This document shows, one piece after another, positions 29,301 to 36,199 of a DNA stretch of 64,000 nt (position 1 is its first letter; every line of letters starts with the position of its first letter). Position numbers and translations under genes: made by a program. The notes under the pieces are model-generated. The model saw only the letters and a program-made list of their open reading frames with translations. It had not been told where the DNA came from and searched no databases. Where the stretch lies: positions 1 through 64,000 of the IMG/VR virus record IMGVR_UViG_3300023174_000082. The stretch is one strand, 5' to 3'. This DNA comes from a virus.

Positions 29301-32079
29301 CATAACTGAATAGTTTGCTACCAATAAAGTCTGAACTAGGATACTTTGCCTGATTGCCAAAACTAACTTGGTCAGCATCATATACATCAAACAACGGTGC
29401 TTGTTGAACTCCAGTTTTTTGTTGTGCTTCAATCCAAGCATCACCATCATACCAGAAAGTCAATCCTTGTAAAGTGTCTCCAGACAAGCACAGCACAGAC
29501 TGATCAGTTAATACTTCACCATCAGACGCCAGGGTGAGGTTGATAATAGGTTGTGCAATTAGTGGCGGCACTGTGTCAGGCACAATGAACTCTACTACAT
29601 AAATCTTGTTTCTTACGTCTGGATCTTCGTCAGCTGCAAAAATAACTCTGGAACCATTGACAAAAGTATATCCGTCTACTGCGTAACCAGTTGATCCTTG
29701 AATGTTAGAAAATGCATCTGTTTCTGACTGATCAATTATGTCTACAGGTTGTTTGCCCTGAGTGCCCATGTTGAACAATCTAATGTCTGGTCGGAATTGA
29801 ATAATTGGGCGTTTGCCGCGATAGTTATTGTCCAGCGTAGCTACAGTATTATTATAGGCAGCAGTAGCATTGATTACATCAATATGAAACCAACGATTTG
29901 AACGTGACCAAGGGTTAAGGTCTTGACTGGCGCGGTCAATAGTAAGATAATCTAAATCTTCAGGTATTGGCAAGCTGGAATCATTCTCGTTGATTACGTA
30001 TGTTTCTGGAGTGACAAAATTTGTAACAGGCAACAGTTCAATAGCAGTACCCACACCATCTACATAATACTCACGATAGTTGATAGCAGTAGCATTCATG
30101 TCAGCTGCGGCTGTAGTCAATGTCACAGCACTGCCGCCAACCACACTTGATACAGTAAATTGAAATGAGTTTACAATACTCTGAACGTAATACGATTGTC
30201 CTTCAACTAGTCCCCCAATCACTGTACCAGTAAACACTACACGTTGGCCAACATACAAGTCTTCTGTGGTTGCTGTGCTGATTGTGTTGAATCCAGCAGT
30301 GGTAGATGTGCAAACAAAAGATATAGTTCCGCTACTGTAGCTTGCTGGAATAACATCACCGCGAAACACCACTTTCAATCCGTTGGTGAACGATACACCA
30401 TTAGGACTGGTGTAATTTTTTTGTCCTAAAATGTCATTGATGAATAGCGTAGAACTTTCTGTTTCGTCCAACAGTTTGATTGTACCAAATATTTCTGGAT
30501 CTGTGCCATCTTGATAGTACAAGGTGTTCAGCAAAGCTGTCAACAAAGGAATCTGTCTGAATGTACCTGCGGCATCTTTGTACCAGTTGGTACTGCTGTA
30601 CACAGTACCGTATCTAATAGTCCATTTGTTTAAATTGTCAATGGTAGCTATTCTAGACAATCTAAGATAGGTAATTCCATCACTAACCGCATAACTGATT
30701 TGCCAAAGTTGATATCTATCTTCTGGGGCAATTTCTGCTGTGTAAGAGAATGGCACAGTATCAAAACTGCCAAGCAAGCCATTGTTGGCAGACCCTGCTT
30801 CCAATGGGTCAAAGAAACTGGTCTGAATCCAGCCACCTGCTTCAGCATCAGGATTTGAATTTGTAAAAATCAAAGTTCTGTTGTTAAGGCTGGTTATTCC
30901 ATCAATGCCGCCGTAGGTCTCAATGAACGTGTCCAGCGGTTGATTGTTGATTTGATCAAAACGTAGCTCTGTAAGCAAATCAACATTTTGACTGAACACT
31001 GGCAAATTGTAGTAAAAGCTCTGAGCTGTTTTTGTAGGCACATTAAAAATTACTGTGCCAAGGTCTTCGCCATTGTTGGTCACACCAAACACATCACGTG
31101 AGCTGATGTTAGGTGTAGTAGGAATTTTACCAGACACGCCTGGATCGGTTTGTATCCAAAATCCCGGCCCAGTGCCAGGTGTTCCATCCACAATGTTCAA
31201 CGTACCGCGCATGTTGGTTTGTGTGCTGCTTACATAGTACAATGTATTTGGCGCATTGCGTGGTACAGTAAATGTTACCAAGCCAAAGTTTGATCCATTG
31301 CGACTAACACCATCATTGTAAGGGTTAGCTGATCCTAATGTTTGTTCAGTTTTGATCCAGAAAGGAAAGTCGCCTCTCAAATTCAAATTGAACACATAGG
31401 TGTTTCCACGAGCCAGGGTCAACGTAGGATTGTTTAGGAAGTCAATGGTGTATGCAGAAATACCAGAATTTCCAACACGGTAATTTACAGTTTCTGTGGC
31501 ATTCTGTGCCACCTGGAATGTATAGCTGCCACCACGCACCACTTCAATGGTTGGGTTCTCACCTGGTACTCCAGAAAATGTGTAAACACCATTGGCTCGT
31601 GTGACTTCAAAGTCATCTGTTACTGGCACACCTGTGGCAGCAACTTCCACTGCGTCTGGTCCATTAGGCAACCAGAAATACTGAGAGAAGTTTACAAATG
31701 TATCAAAATTAATAAACGGATCCCAAGTATAGTAATCACTTGAAAACAATCTGTCTGGTCGTTGTGTTGGCGATCCTTGGAACTCTAGCGCATCGAGCAT
31801 ACCTGGATAGGTAATGGTATTTTTAATTGTTGTGGTATCAGCAGGATCTAGGCTAACAACTCCTGGTTCCAGTTGATAATCACTACGTGTTTTTGTTGGC
31901 TCTACCACATACTTGTCATTGGGATTTACACCTGGACCAACTGTACGGCCAATGAAGCCTTGTGTTTTTTTAAATTTAGGTTCTTGAATCAGTTGATCAA
32001 GTGTGGCCGCCAAAAACTGTTTGTTAGTTTCAGTTTGAAAGATTTGCGGAAGAAAGTCTACTGAGCGTACTCGTGCCAT
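17377..32079 (-). CDS. Giant (4900 aa) baseplate wedge or virion structural protein
   Basis: Uninterrupted ORF after the gp6-like gene. It has the N-terminus SVDFLPQIFQT, FG-GAP-like repeats (FGYSV..VGAP), beta-rich modules and a YLQEVKPYH motif. Confidence 0.75.
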   Translation of the reverse strand: MARVRSVDFLPQIFQTETNKQFLAATLDQLIQEPKFKKTQGFIGRTVGPGVNPNDKYVVEPTKTRSDYQLEPGVVSLDPADTTTIKNTITYPGMLDALEFQGSPTQRPDRLFSSDYYTWDPFINFDTFVNFSQYFWLPNGPDAVEVAATGVPVTDDFEVTRANGVYTFSGVPGENPTIEVVRGGSYTFQVAQNATETVNYRVGNSGISAYTIDFLNNPTLTLARGNTYVFNLNLRGDFPFWIKTEQTLGSANPYNDGVSRNGSNFGLVTFTVPRNAPNTLYYVSSTQTNMRGTLNIVDGTPGTGPGFWIQTDPGVSGKIPTTPNISSRDVFGVTNNGEDLGTVIFNVPTKTAQSFYYNLPVFSQNVDLLTELRFDQINNQPLDTFIETYGGIDGITSLNNRTLIFTNSNPDAEAGGWIQTSFFDPLEAGSANNGLLGSFDTVPFSYTAEIAPEDRYQLWQISYAVSDGITYLRLSRIATIDNLNKWTIRYGTVYSSTNWYKDAAGTFRQIPLLTALLNTLYYQDGTDPEIFGTIKLLDETESSTLFINDILGQKNYTSPNGVSFTNGLKVVFRGDVIPASYSSGTISFVCTSTTAGFNTISTATTEDLYVGQRVVFTGTVIGGLVEGQSYYVQSIVNSFQFTVSSVVGGSAVTLTTAAADMNATAINYREYYVDGVGTAIELLPVTNFVTPETYVINENDSSLPIPEDLDYLTIDRASQDLNPWSRSNRWFHIDVINATAAYNNTVATLDNNYRGKRPIIQFRPDIRLFNMGTQGKQPVDIIDQSETDAFSNIQGSTGYAVDGYTFVNGSRVIFAADEDPDVRNKIYVVEFIVPDTVPPLIAQPIINLTLASDGEVLTDQSVLCLSGDTLQGLTFWYDGDAWIEAQQKTGVQQAPLFDVYDADQVSFGNQAKYPSSDFIGSKLFSYAIGDTGILDKILKIPLQYLSISNVGDIVFDNNLYKDTFVYTRDNVSVTVSISSGSAREYVDRTIYTRLIGWQNAITTTQMYQQFKFTYNTGSLKLNVPVISQTSSSVPVVKVYVGSVFQDPTKYTYAVNGNNTTITLLNTYVLGDIIEVLVLSDQISAAAFYQVPSNLQNNPLNANSTSFTLGTIRQNYESICENLPGIQGAIAGANNTRDLGNIIPYGLTILQQSAPLTLAGYFLRSEQYNIFNSLTYNSREYIKFKNIMLDNVTQQEINFQTTSQILDTAIEEINAGKVETQPFYWSDMLPSGAVYTENTYTVSFITSNVFDTVQVYNYTSANYLGLNVYLNNRLLTRDLEYTVATDGPRVTILVTLSVGDQIAIREYTTTYGNFVPNTPTKLGLYPAFRPRIAVQQTSTGEQTVLIGHDGSVTKTFDDIRDDVLLEFETRIFNNLKLDGNPVPMVAADVIPGQFRDTGFTYSEVNNILAQDFLSWVAWNKLDYKTQDYRATNEFTWNYSEAQNKLNNEYLLGAWRGIYRYFYDTQQPEYTPWEMLGLSVKPDWWDDTYGPAPYTEGNLVLWDDMEAGYVRDPVAPYYLPKYARPGLTSVIPTGGEGALLSPFNSVVGIWDAGQFQKSWSIGDGGPVEASWWNSSSYPFAVMRLLALTQPAKFFALFADRDLYRYQEKFGQYLYDGRYRLDANGIEIYGNGVSKASYIDWIVDYNRQSGIDSTEDLTADLANLDVRLCYRMASFSDKKYIKLYTEKSSPASTNTSFLIPDESYNLLLYKNQPFDRASYSSVLVQTVPGGYAVFGYSTTQPYFNILQSQNSGQLRTITVLDTKIQVPTSYTNTVVQVPYGFIFDTKTAVVEFLLSLGQYLETQGLTFTNRANGYVLDWNQMANEFLYWAAQGWSDDALIALNPLAFRLNVTKEQAVVDSIQAQTSENILLDQNRKELPTRQLNIVRIDNTFSVEPLADETLSFIDIKYTSYEHMIVLDNASVFGDLIYDPVTGARQNRLNLVAATSTEWNGAVDAQGFILNQNNVEEWQNYKIYSKGTIVKYKGTYWSATTIVQPSETFDYNDWVQSDYTHIDLGLLPNLANKANQLANSYDINAANLESDNDLLSYGLIGFRPRQYMAALNLDDVSQVNIYRQFLDSKGTILSAELFSQATLGKETGDYNIYENWAVQRAVYGANANRSYFELRLNRALLDASPSLVQVVLPLESSKADQAILLQDVWKESFKLTSPNILPTTTELPTDTALPSAGYVNLDDADITVFDIDDPASLEANINNINVGTSIWVAKVNDYDWNIYRAEAVPGTISHVCDNLNNTSRVIFTADHGLVAGNRIIIRFFDTEVDGVYDVLSVVNLNTINIAFRFLSNRTVVNGTGLAFTLKTMRVSQASNVDTLPYANSLLSGARVWVDDNGDGLWQVVEKQDIFSAVTSIAPEYLDATEAYGSSVAQATNRFAALVGSPRYGFPTSANPKGGVYTYVRSTSDVYQPASPVSSGDAVLTLDVTGARAYGTSVAFGNKDWAVAGAPLSLGSASQTNNGYACVIYRDTASYLPDTNPYFNWQLLTSPTSVSVDQGKFGYSVAVSLDERWMYVGAPDVNKVYAYGRVDWEDQYFRTVGNGTTTAYLINDYITVSASTQLRVTVDGEIQTLNTDYTVNAALNTVTFASAPASGSDVIIRRIALQQLDGNDYFSVVATGGSGSGALFTVSRRRGTVTVGVQDGGTGYTVGNTLTIPATSFGGGTVPANNITFTVGSVISGEIITISTPSYTPPALATVFSLNEYFYQVALTDSTIYSFQIEVDGVLQRPNIDYTFNTSTKDITFLNSPGSGTSILARAKGYWLYVDTLTVTGLEAGAQFGYSVSCSTDGRQVMIGAPYSTVSTKAEAGIVYVFDRNVQRFIWNNDPSSSSFTVLGTPVAPVSVIVNNQFLINQNCTTKDAANTFTVSGSTVTVNLLNNLQPGDVVEIETNQFDLLQTVTQDTVADFSNFGQSVDLCRYNCSLYVGEPQSSIQIYKGGVVERSLNQSRVFGVITALNANPTLTAGNTLRVNNIDVAVPAASNNTVSGLAAAINAAVPNVTATVTNGLLTLSVTNFDAAPVGDKLQVAPGSIGNAFDSIGFNTFEWTQTIESPYPVQFAGFGTSISIDDIATTLVVGAPRGTMYLITIFDDYLELFDAGATIFFTNIDQSGAVYTYDLLNSANSSITNPSKFIFGNQIAITSIDYLDQLGVSVDYTSGALWMGAPGTDFGDSSSSNYGQAHVWQNATRSPAWVPIRVEQPVVDVQLLNSVFLYDRISSATTEFLDFFNPLQGKILGAARQNIDYIGAVDPGSYNVGPVGVRGTTWGADHVGEIWWDISTVRFIDPNQDDIVYASRRWGQVFPGSSIDVYQWIVSSVPPANYAGPGTPYSISSYTINTVLSRDGNFTTQYFFWVRGITDVATQKNKTLSAATISQYIENPRSTGIAYLAPINSSTVALYNCETLIDAEDTILNVEFDRELTTANVHVEYELIAQGRADGFLSDNLYRKLQDSFCGVDTAGNKVPDINLGPAERYGVQFRPRQSMFVDRFAALKNYIVRANTVLKQFPISESRSFTLLNSAEPELPSTQIIDGATVINWNKRIPNLEILTYNFEAPGGDAIGYKYLVVSDSNNRGLWTIYTVEENASTGDPELVLTRVQNYRTTDYWSYIDWYRPGYNSSIKPVAEVPTYSSLATISVTTGASVKVTANAQGKFEIYLKTDLGFERVGLEDGTIAISAEIYDYALGRFGFDVEVFDAQYFDQEPVIETRKIIQAINEELFVDDLAIERNRSLTLMFDFILSEFSAPEWLVKTSLIDVDHRIRELLPFQNYSRDNQEFVIDYLQEVKPYHVQVREFNLTYFGNDLYEGDLTDFDVPAFYNTTLPVPQYTSPILLPYAHSAAQISNTLSDTESTDQIWTEWPYSQWYENYLLSVETIVVTFNGTGYTTAPQVSIVGDATTPAEATALINSAGQVVAINVTNPGSGYQATPTIVFSGGNGSGAQAYANMINRNPADFDAQVYNVNPAVNFDQWEIDTSSNIPLTTVRAFKTVIKYDRYQYQTSVQTWSSTGTYLNGTLVRYDDRVWSADSSDGSSAVVGPTFNLEDWVEVDPGVLSGVDRTMGYYVSGVNSPGLELPLLIDGVDYPGVQVWGDYFLGTEIVDAQYESEFTDTELGLRNTDVNVDGGEFIGPYEGHAPEELVNGSEFDTLDIRVYTRPGSDWQMDGHGFQIGVINYVYNPVSSYILSWSGVVDHPVQVLVSNQTSGRTMTLDVDYYINWGNETVEIVPSMGFDTSDVVNISVYELGGGNQLYRDNYTGAEIGNSVIIPVDDTEIYTVVIFVNGESSAVPTWEPYYDADAWNILQSYPINIVVIDSNVYYRSIQAVPEGTDITDTTYWEVYVPTLLTKVTLASTPGDADGIALVAFGIQTPTQYSWSTPQVQYQVVDATVISTGGFTLENSVEGTNPANMIVTVNGLRLTPPAGIEWQGDDSSTSFGLPQRLGSSFLQSTINAITDIQVWKNSELQVQSFGATVGDYSVTNWDGSNTPGRQVVFNTAPAAGDTILISVSTLADYSLAGSLLQLNSIPPLDNIISVTTFNDTTQQSIATLVFVGPIVEGITIAEPYDSTDFDAGSVSGSPGSFDYSAGTAISKNEFYLARPGIEAGRIWVTLDGYRLFEGQDYTVVDDYIILASGAIGTSQILAVTEFTESLVPEACAFRIFQDMRGVQGTYRITSATTTTLTQPLLAAGDTIHVADANACAEPNLPEGIFGVITIDGERIMYRERNVGTNTLTGLRRGTAGTGAADHETGAYVYDMSRGNLLAEQYQNYVVSDTSVGDGSTTIFYAPSIDISDFGDSSSIYTETIEVYVGGVRQYNYSDSSVPIEPGQYRWIVTDFEPLAIEFITDSNPIDPMLAPPPGVEITILQRRGLGWYGTGIKVNDGLALQETDTPQARFLTGRNGG

Positions 32080-35000
32080 TAAATTACTCCGCTGCCTGGC
32101 GCTGTGCGCAGGTTAGTACTGGTCAATGCTTCAATCACATCAATGTTATCAATGGTTGCGGCATTGGCAAAAATCTCATTGGGTTGAGACCGAATTTCAT
32201 ACAAATCACCAAAGCTCTTTTGTGGATCCAAAGGAACTAGAACTACAGAACTGATGATTGTACCAAGTTGTCTGTGTAGGTAAGCAGCAAGTTCTGAAAA
32301 ATAGAATGTGTCACCAAAGTTCCATTTGTCAATTGAAAAATAACTGTTCATTTCTGCTAGTACTGAGCTTTTGATTTCAGATGTTGATGCTGTTGAATTT
32401 TGTGCTCTTATCACTTTGATAGTGGCACGCAATGTAGCCGCTGCTTTGTATCCAAACAGTGGTTTAAAAGTTACTGAGTTGACCACAATGTTGTCAGACA
32501 CCATTTTGTAATCTTGTAGTCGTTGATATTCTGTACTTAGATCATCGATAGTTGGCTGTTCAGGTTCAGTGACTGTGCCAGTAGTGTCTTTCAACCAGTT
32601 CTGATAGGCATTATAATAGCTCAAAGTAACCACATACAAATCAATGATGTTGGTGGTACCTGGGTCAATTCTACTGGTTAGTGGACTGTTGTGTCTGTAC
32701 TGATAGTACAAACTTTGTCTGCCTGCTCTTGCAATCCATCCTGTAACTGCATTGAGTTCCAGCACTCCAGTCACTGTCAAACTCAGTTGATAAAATGCAT
32801 CTTCACTGTATGCATAGAATACCTGTCCCGGTGACCACTCAGATTTTATCAATTCAATTTCGTCAAGAGTACCGTAGCTGTAAATTACCACACCTTCATC
32901 TACCAACAGATAACGTTGCAAATTATCAAAGTCCACAGTTTGTTGTAAAAACACATAAGGTCCTGTGGTGCCAACTGGCCCAACAATTTCACTAAAGAAG
33001 TCTGGATTGTCTGGCACACCATCGTTGTCTGAGTCTCTGTATCCTACCAGCACCTGAAAGTCATCCACATAACCGTCGCTCTCCACTGGCTGACCAGTAA
33101 TGGTCATATAAATGTCACCTTCTAGCGGTTCACTAGAATTTGGTTGAGTGTTGACTGCCAGCACATTGATAAAATCTTTGATCACTGTGCCAGTGCGGCT
33201 GTCATAGATTTGCGCACCGTCATAGAAGAAGAATCTTGTTTGCAATACTGATCCAAAGTTATATGCAAGTCCACGGAATGTAATTGTGTAGTTTTGATTT
33301 TGAACCACAAATTGAATCAACCACGAAGAGTCTAAGTTGGCACCGCTAGTATTGCCAGCGTACTGCTGACTCCAGGCTGCGTCTTGATCTAAATTGGTAG
33401 ACTGGATCAAGTACCAAGAATATGGCGTGCCTGTGATTGACCCATCATTGTCATATCCTAGACCAAAATTACGGAATAGTACAATCTGCTCACTCATTGC
33501 TGACTCAATCGACAATGGCAAATCTGTAACAAACAACGGAATAATTGTGTCTACAATAGCACCAGTAGGAATAAAGTTATTGAGTATAACTGGGCCTGAC
33601 CCATTAGTTAGATTACCTAGACCAGAGTTCATACCATCGCCAGTTACTCGTATGGGGCTGGCCCAAATTTCCACACGTTCATCTGCCTTGGTTGGAGTAC
33701 CCAATTGTAGTTTGTTGTTTTTATCAAAAAAGTAACCGGTTGGTGGAACAAACCGCACTAGACTACCAACAATAGCATACAAGAAATTGGTAGTAGATTC
33801 ATCGCCCACTGCAATAGGTGTGCCTGAGCTGTTTTTAAAGTAACCAGTAGTTTCGTTGGCCAAAGTAGTGCTTTGATTCCAGGTGCTTCCGCCTGTACTC
33901 AAAGTGGTAACTGCACTCATTGAGCCTGAAGCCGAGCTTAATGTAACTGCTGATCCAGTAGCTGTAGTGCTTACAGTAAATGTACTATTGACTGAATTTA
34001 TGCTGACCACATAATATGGCAGGTCAGCAGTAATGCCACCAAACACTGTGCCTGAGAATGTGATTGGCATGCCAAGATAGGCATAGTCAAAAAACGCAGA
34101 GGTAGAACAAGTAATTGCATTGGTTGTAATTGTTGTAGCCGTGCAAGTGATATCTAAAGTGTTGATTAACTTTCTTGGAAAATTTCCATAGTAAAACTGC
34201 CGCATGGTAGTTTCAGTCAACTGTGGTTGCACCTGATTGGTAATTACATCAGCAATTTCATTGCGGTTGGTCCAACTAAACAGAATAGTTGGTAAAATAT
34301 TTTGTTCCCATAATCCGCCGTCGCTACCAAAGCTGTTGGTTGATGAGTATTTGCCAGTGTTGTCAACCAAGTCAAGATATCGACTGGTTCCAATTGACGC
34401 ACGATTCAATGCTTTAGATTTGATGATTGAATTGTACTGTGTGTAAGGAAACAAGTTATAGTCTTCGCCATTGACCATTCGATTTTGTGTGTAGTATCTA
34501 GCAGGCGCACGTTGTTTGATTTCTTCAATTGGCTCGCGTGCTTGGGCATTGCTTACTGGCCGAGTAATACCACAAGTAAATGTGATAGTTTGCAAATTGC
34601 CGTTGCGGTCAGTATAGCTAATAGGCAAAACTACATTTTGCATTTCTTCAGGATTGATAATGTACTGCAATCCATTAGAACTGCGCACATAAGCACGGAA
34701 AATTCCTACTGGAATTTCTGAAAATACGCCGTCACCAAACACCATAGTGATTTGATCGTTAGATCTCGAAGTTACAGAGTAAATGGGACGTAGTCCAGTC
34801 AACTGTTCAGTGGCGCCAACATAGATATTTTCTGTGTATTGCCATTCACGACTGATACTTCCCACGTTGTCAAGTTGAAACAACCAACGGTCTTCGTTGT
34901 TCACACCTTCAATGTTGATGTTTACTGTGCGGTTGGCAATACGTTCAGCTAAGTTAAAGTCTTGATTTTGTAATGTACCTTGTTTGAATGCAAAAAAGTA

Positions 35001-35759
35001 TCCAGTGTTAGCAGATTGATATCCCAGTTGGTCATTGCGATACAACACATTGAAACTGGTGTTTGGTTGTGGAGGCGGCTCGTAAATATAGTCGCGGCCA
35101 ACACTAGTTGAAGTTATTGCTTCAAACGGCATTGAAATTCCGTCCACAGTGGCGTTATAAGGAATAACTGGTAAGAATCCTGGCACAAGGTTAACAGCAT
35201 ACTCATCTGTTCGCACGCCTAATATGGTTTGTCTATTGCCTGGTCGACCAATGCGTTGACTATCTACTAGAGCAGCATTAATGATAGCAGTAAATTGTTC
35301 TTGCCAGTCTGGATTTGTTGGATCTGCCCAGTTCACAGTAACGTTGCTCAAGTTAACACCGTTATAGTCAATCACATTTTCAGTTGTGGTGACATTGAAT
35401 ACTTTGAGATACCCTTGAGCCGCAGTATTGCGTTTAGCAGTATAGCTGACCAAATTGGCCAAGCGCACAACTGAATCTCTGCGTTCTGCTGTGTCTAAAT
35501 AGTTTTCTCTGGTGTTTAGGTCCGTGCGAAAGGCCAGGGCTTGCCCCATAAATGCAATTACATCTAGTAAAGCAATGAATTCTGAGCTTTCGATGTAGTC
35601 GTTGAAAGTTTCTGGGTAGTAAAGACGTATGTAATCAATGAAACTTTTGCGTAGAGTTTCAAAGTCATAACTCTGAAAATCAGCTTCACGATAGGTTTGA
35701 TAGATCTGTTTCCAGTCTTCAACACCAAAAATTGCTGTTTGTCTTGTGGTCTTTGCCAT
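32079..35759 (-). CDS. Baseplate wedge subunit, T4 gp6-like
   Basis: DFETLRKS..FNDYIESSEFIALLD..ENYLDTAERRDSV, FGDG, and IEEIKQRAPARYYTQNRMVNGEDY. Confidence 0.85.
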   Translation of the reverse strand: MAKTTRQTAIFGVEDWKQIYQTYREADFQSYDFETLRKSFIDYIRLYYPETFNDYIESSEFIALLDVIAFMGQALAFRTDLNTRENYLDTAERRDSVVRLANLVSYTAKRNTAAQGYLKVFNVTTTENVIDYNGVNLSNVTVNWADPTNPDWQEQFTAIINAALVDSQRIGRPGNRQTILGVRTDEYAVNLVPGFLPVIPYNATVDGISMPFEAITSTSVGRDYIYEPPPQPNTSFNVLYRNDQLGYQSANTGYFFAFKQGTLQNQDFNLAERIANRTVNINIEGVNNEDRWLFQLDNVGSISREWQYTENIYVGATEQLTGLRPIYSVTSRSNDQITMVFGDGVFSEIPVGIFRAYVRSSNGLQYIINPEEMQNVVLPISYTDRNGNLQTITFTCGITRPVSNAQAREPIEEIKQRAPARYYTQNRMVNGEDYNLFPYTQYNSIIKSKALNRASIGTSRYLDLVDNTGKYSSTNSFGSDGGLWEQNILPTILFSWTNRNEIADVITNQVQPQLTETTMRQFYYGNFPRKLINTLDITCTATTITTNAITCSTSAFFDYAYLGMPITFSGTVFGGITADLPYYVVSINSVNSTFTVSTTATGSAVTLSSASGSMSAVTTLSTGGSTWNQSTTLANETTGYFKNSSGTPIAVGDESTTNFLYAIVGSLVRFVPPTGYFFDKNNKLQLGTPTKADERVEIWASPIRVTGDGMNSGLGNLTNGSGPVILNNFIPTGAIVDTIIPLFVTDLPLSIESAMSEQIVLFRNFGLGYDNDGSITGTPYSWYLIQSTNLDQDAAWSQQYAGNTSGANLDSSWLIQFVVQNQNYTITFRGLAYNFGSVLQTRFFFYDGAQIYDSRTGTVIKDFINVLAVNTQPNSSEPLEGDIYMTITGQPVESDGYVDDFQVLVGYRDSDNDGVPDNPDFFSEIVGPVGTTGPYVFLQQTVDFDNLQRYLLVDEGVVIYSYGTLDEIELIKSEWSPGQVFYAYSEDAFYQLSLTVTGVLELNAVTGWIARAGRQSLYYQYRHNSPLTSRIDPGTTNIIDLYVVTLSYYNAYQNWLKDTTGTVTEPEQPTIDDLSTEYQRLQDYKMVSDNIVVNSVTFKPLFGYKAAATLRATIKVIRAQNSTASTSEIKSSVLAEMNSYFSIDKWNFGDTFYFSELAAYLHRQLGTIISSVVLVPLDPQKSFGDLYEIRSQPNEIFANAATIDNIDVIEALTSTNLRTAPGSGVI

Positions 35760-35781
35760 GCCTCTTTGCCTTTAGATCTTG

Positions 35782-35789
35782 TATTTATT
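35782..35789 (-). promoter_or_regulatory. Late promoter-like AATAAATA
   Basis: Intergenic, upstream of the gp6-like start. Confidence 0.55.
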
Positions 35790-35808
35790 ACTAGAAAAAA
35801 CGGCTCAG

Positions 35809-36183
35809 TTATACGTAGCTGGCTCTACGTTGTTGCAAATCAAAGAAAACACTTAAAAATTCAGCATCCGTTCCTGGTAACACTGCTATTTCTAACTGTA
35901 TCAGAAACCCGTTGTCTTGAGGAAACACTGCCATTTGTGTAACTTGTATTCTTGGATCGCCACCGCATACACGTTGAACTTCTGTTTCAATATTGCGTTG
36001 CAATTCAGTGATTTGATTTTCAAACACATAGTCCCACATCACAGTGCCGTACTGTGGTCGGCCTGGCAACTCTCCCTGACGTATGTTAAAGGCATTCAGC
36101 AGATCTCGTTTGATTAACTCAAAATCAACCAAAGTAAATTTTTTATATTGATTTATGGTATTGAAACCGATGAATGTGGTCAT
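35809..36183 (-). CDS. Baseplate wedge subunit, gp25/GPW-like
   Basis: LIKRDLLNAFNIRQGELPGRPQYGT..DPRI. Start MTTFIGF at 36183. Confidence 0.85.
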   Translation of the reverse strand: MTTFIGFNTINQYKKFTLVDFELIKRDLLNAFNIRQGELPGRPQYGTVMWDYVFENQITELQRNIETEVQRVCGGDPRIQVTQMAVFPQDNGFLIQLEIAVLPGTDAEFLSVFFDLQQRRASYV

Positions 36184-36188
36184 GACAA

Positions 36189-36196
36189 TATTTATC
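36189..36196 (-). promoter_or_regulatory. Late promoter-like GATAAATA
   Basis: 5 nt before ATG 36183. Confidence 0.55.
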
Positions 36197-36199
36197 GGC

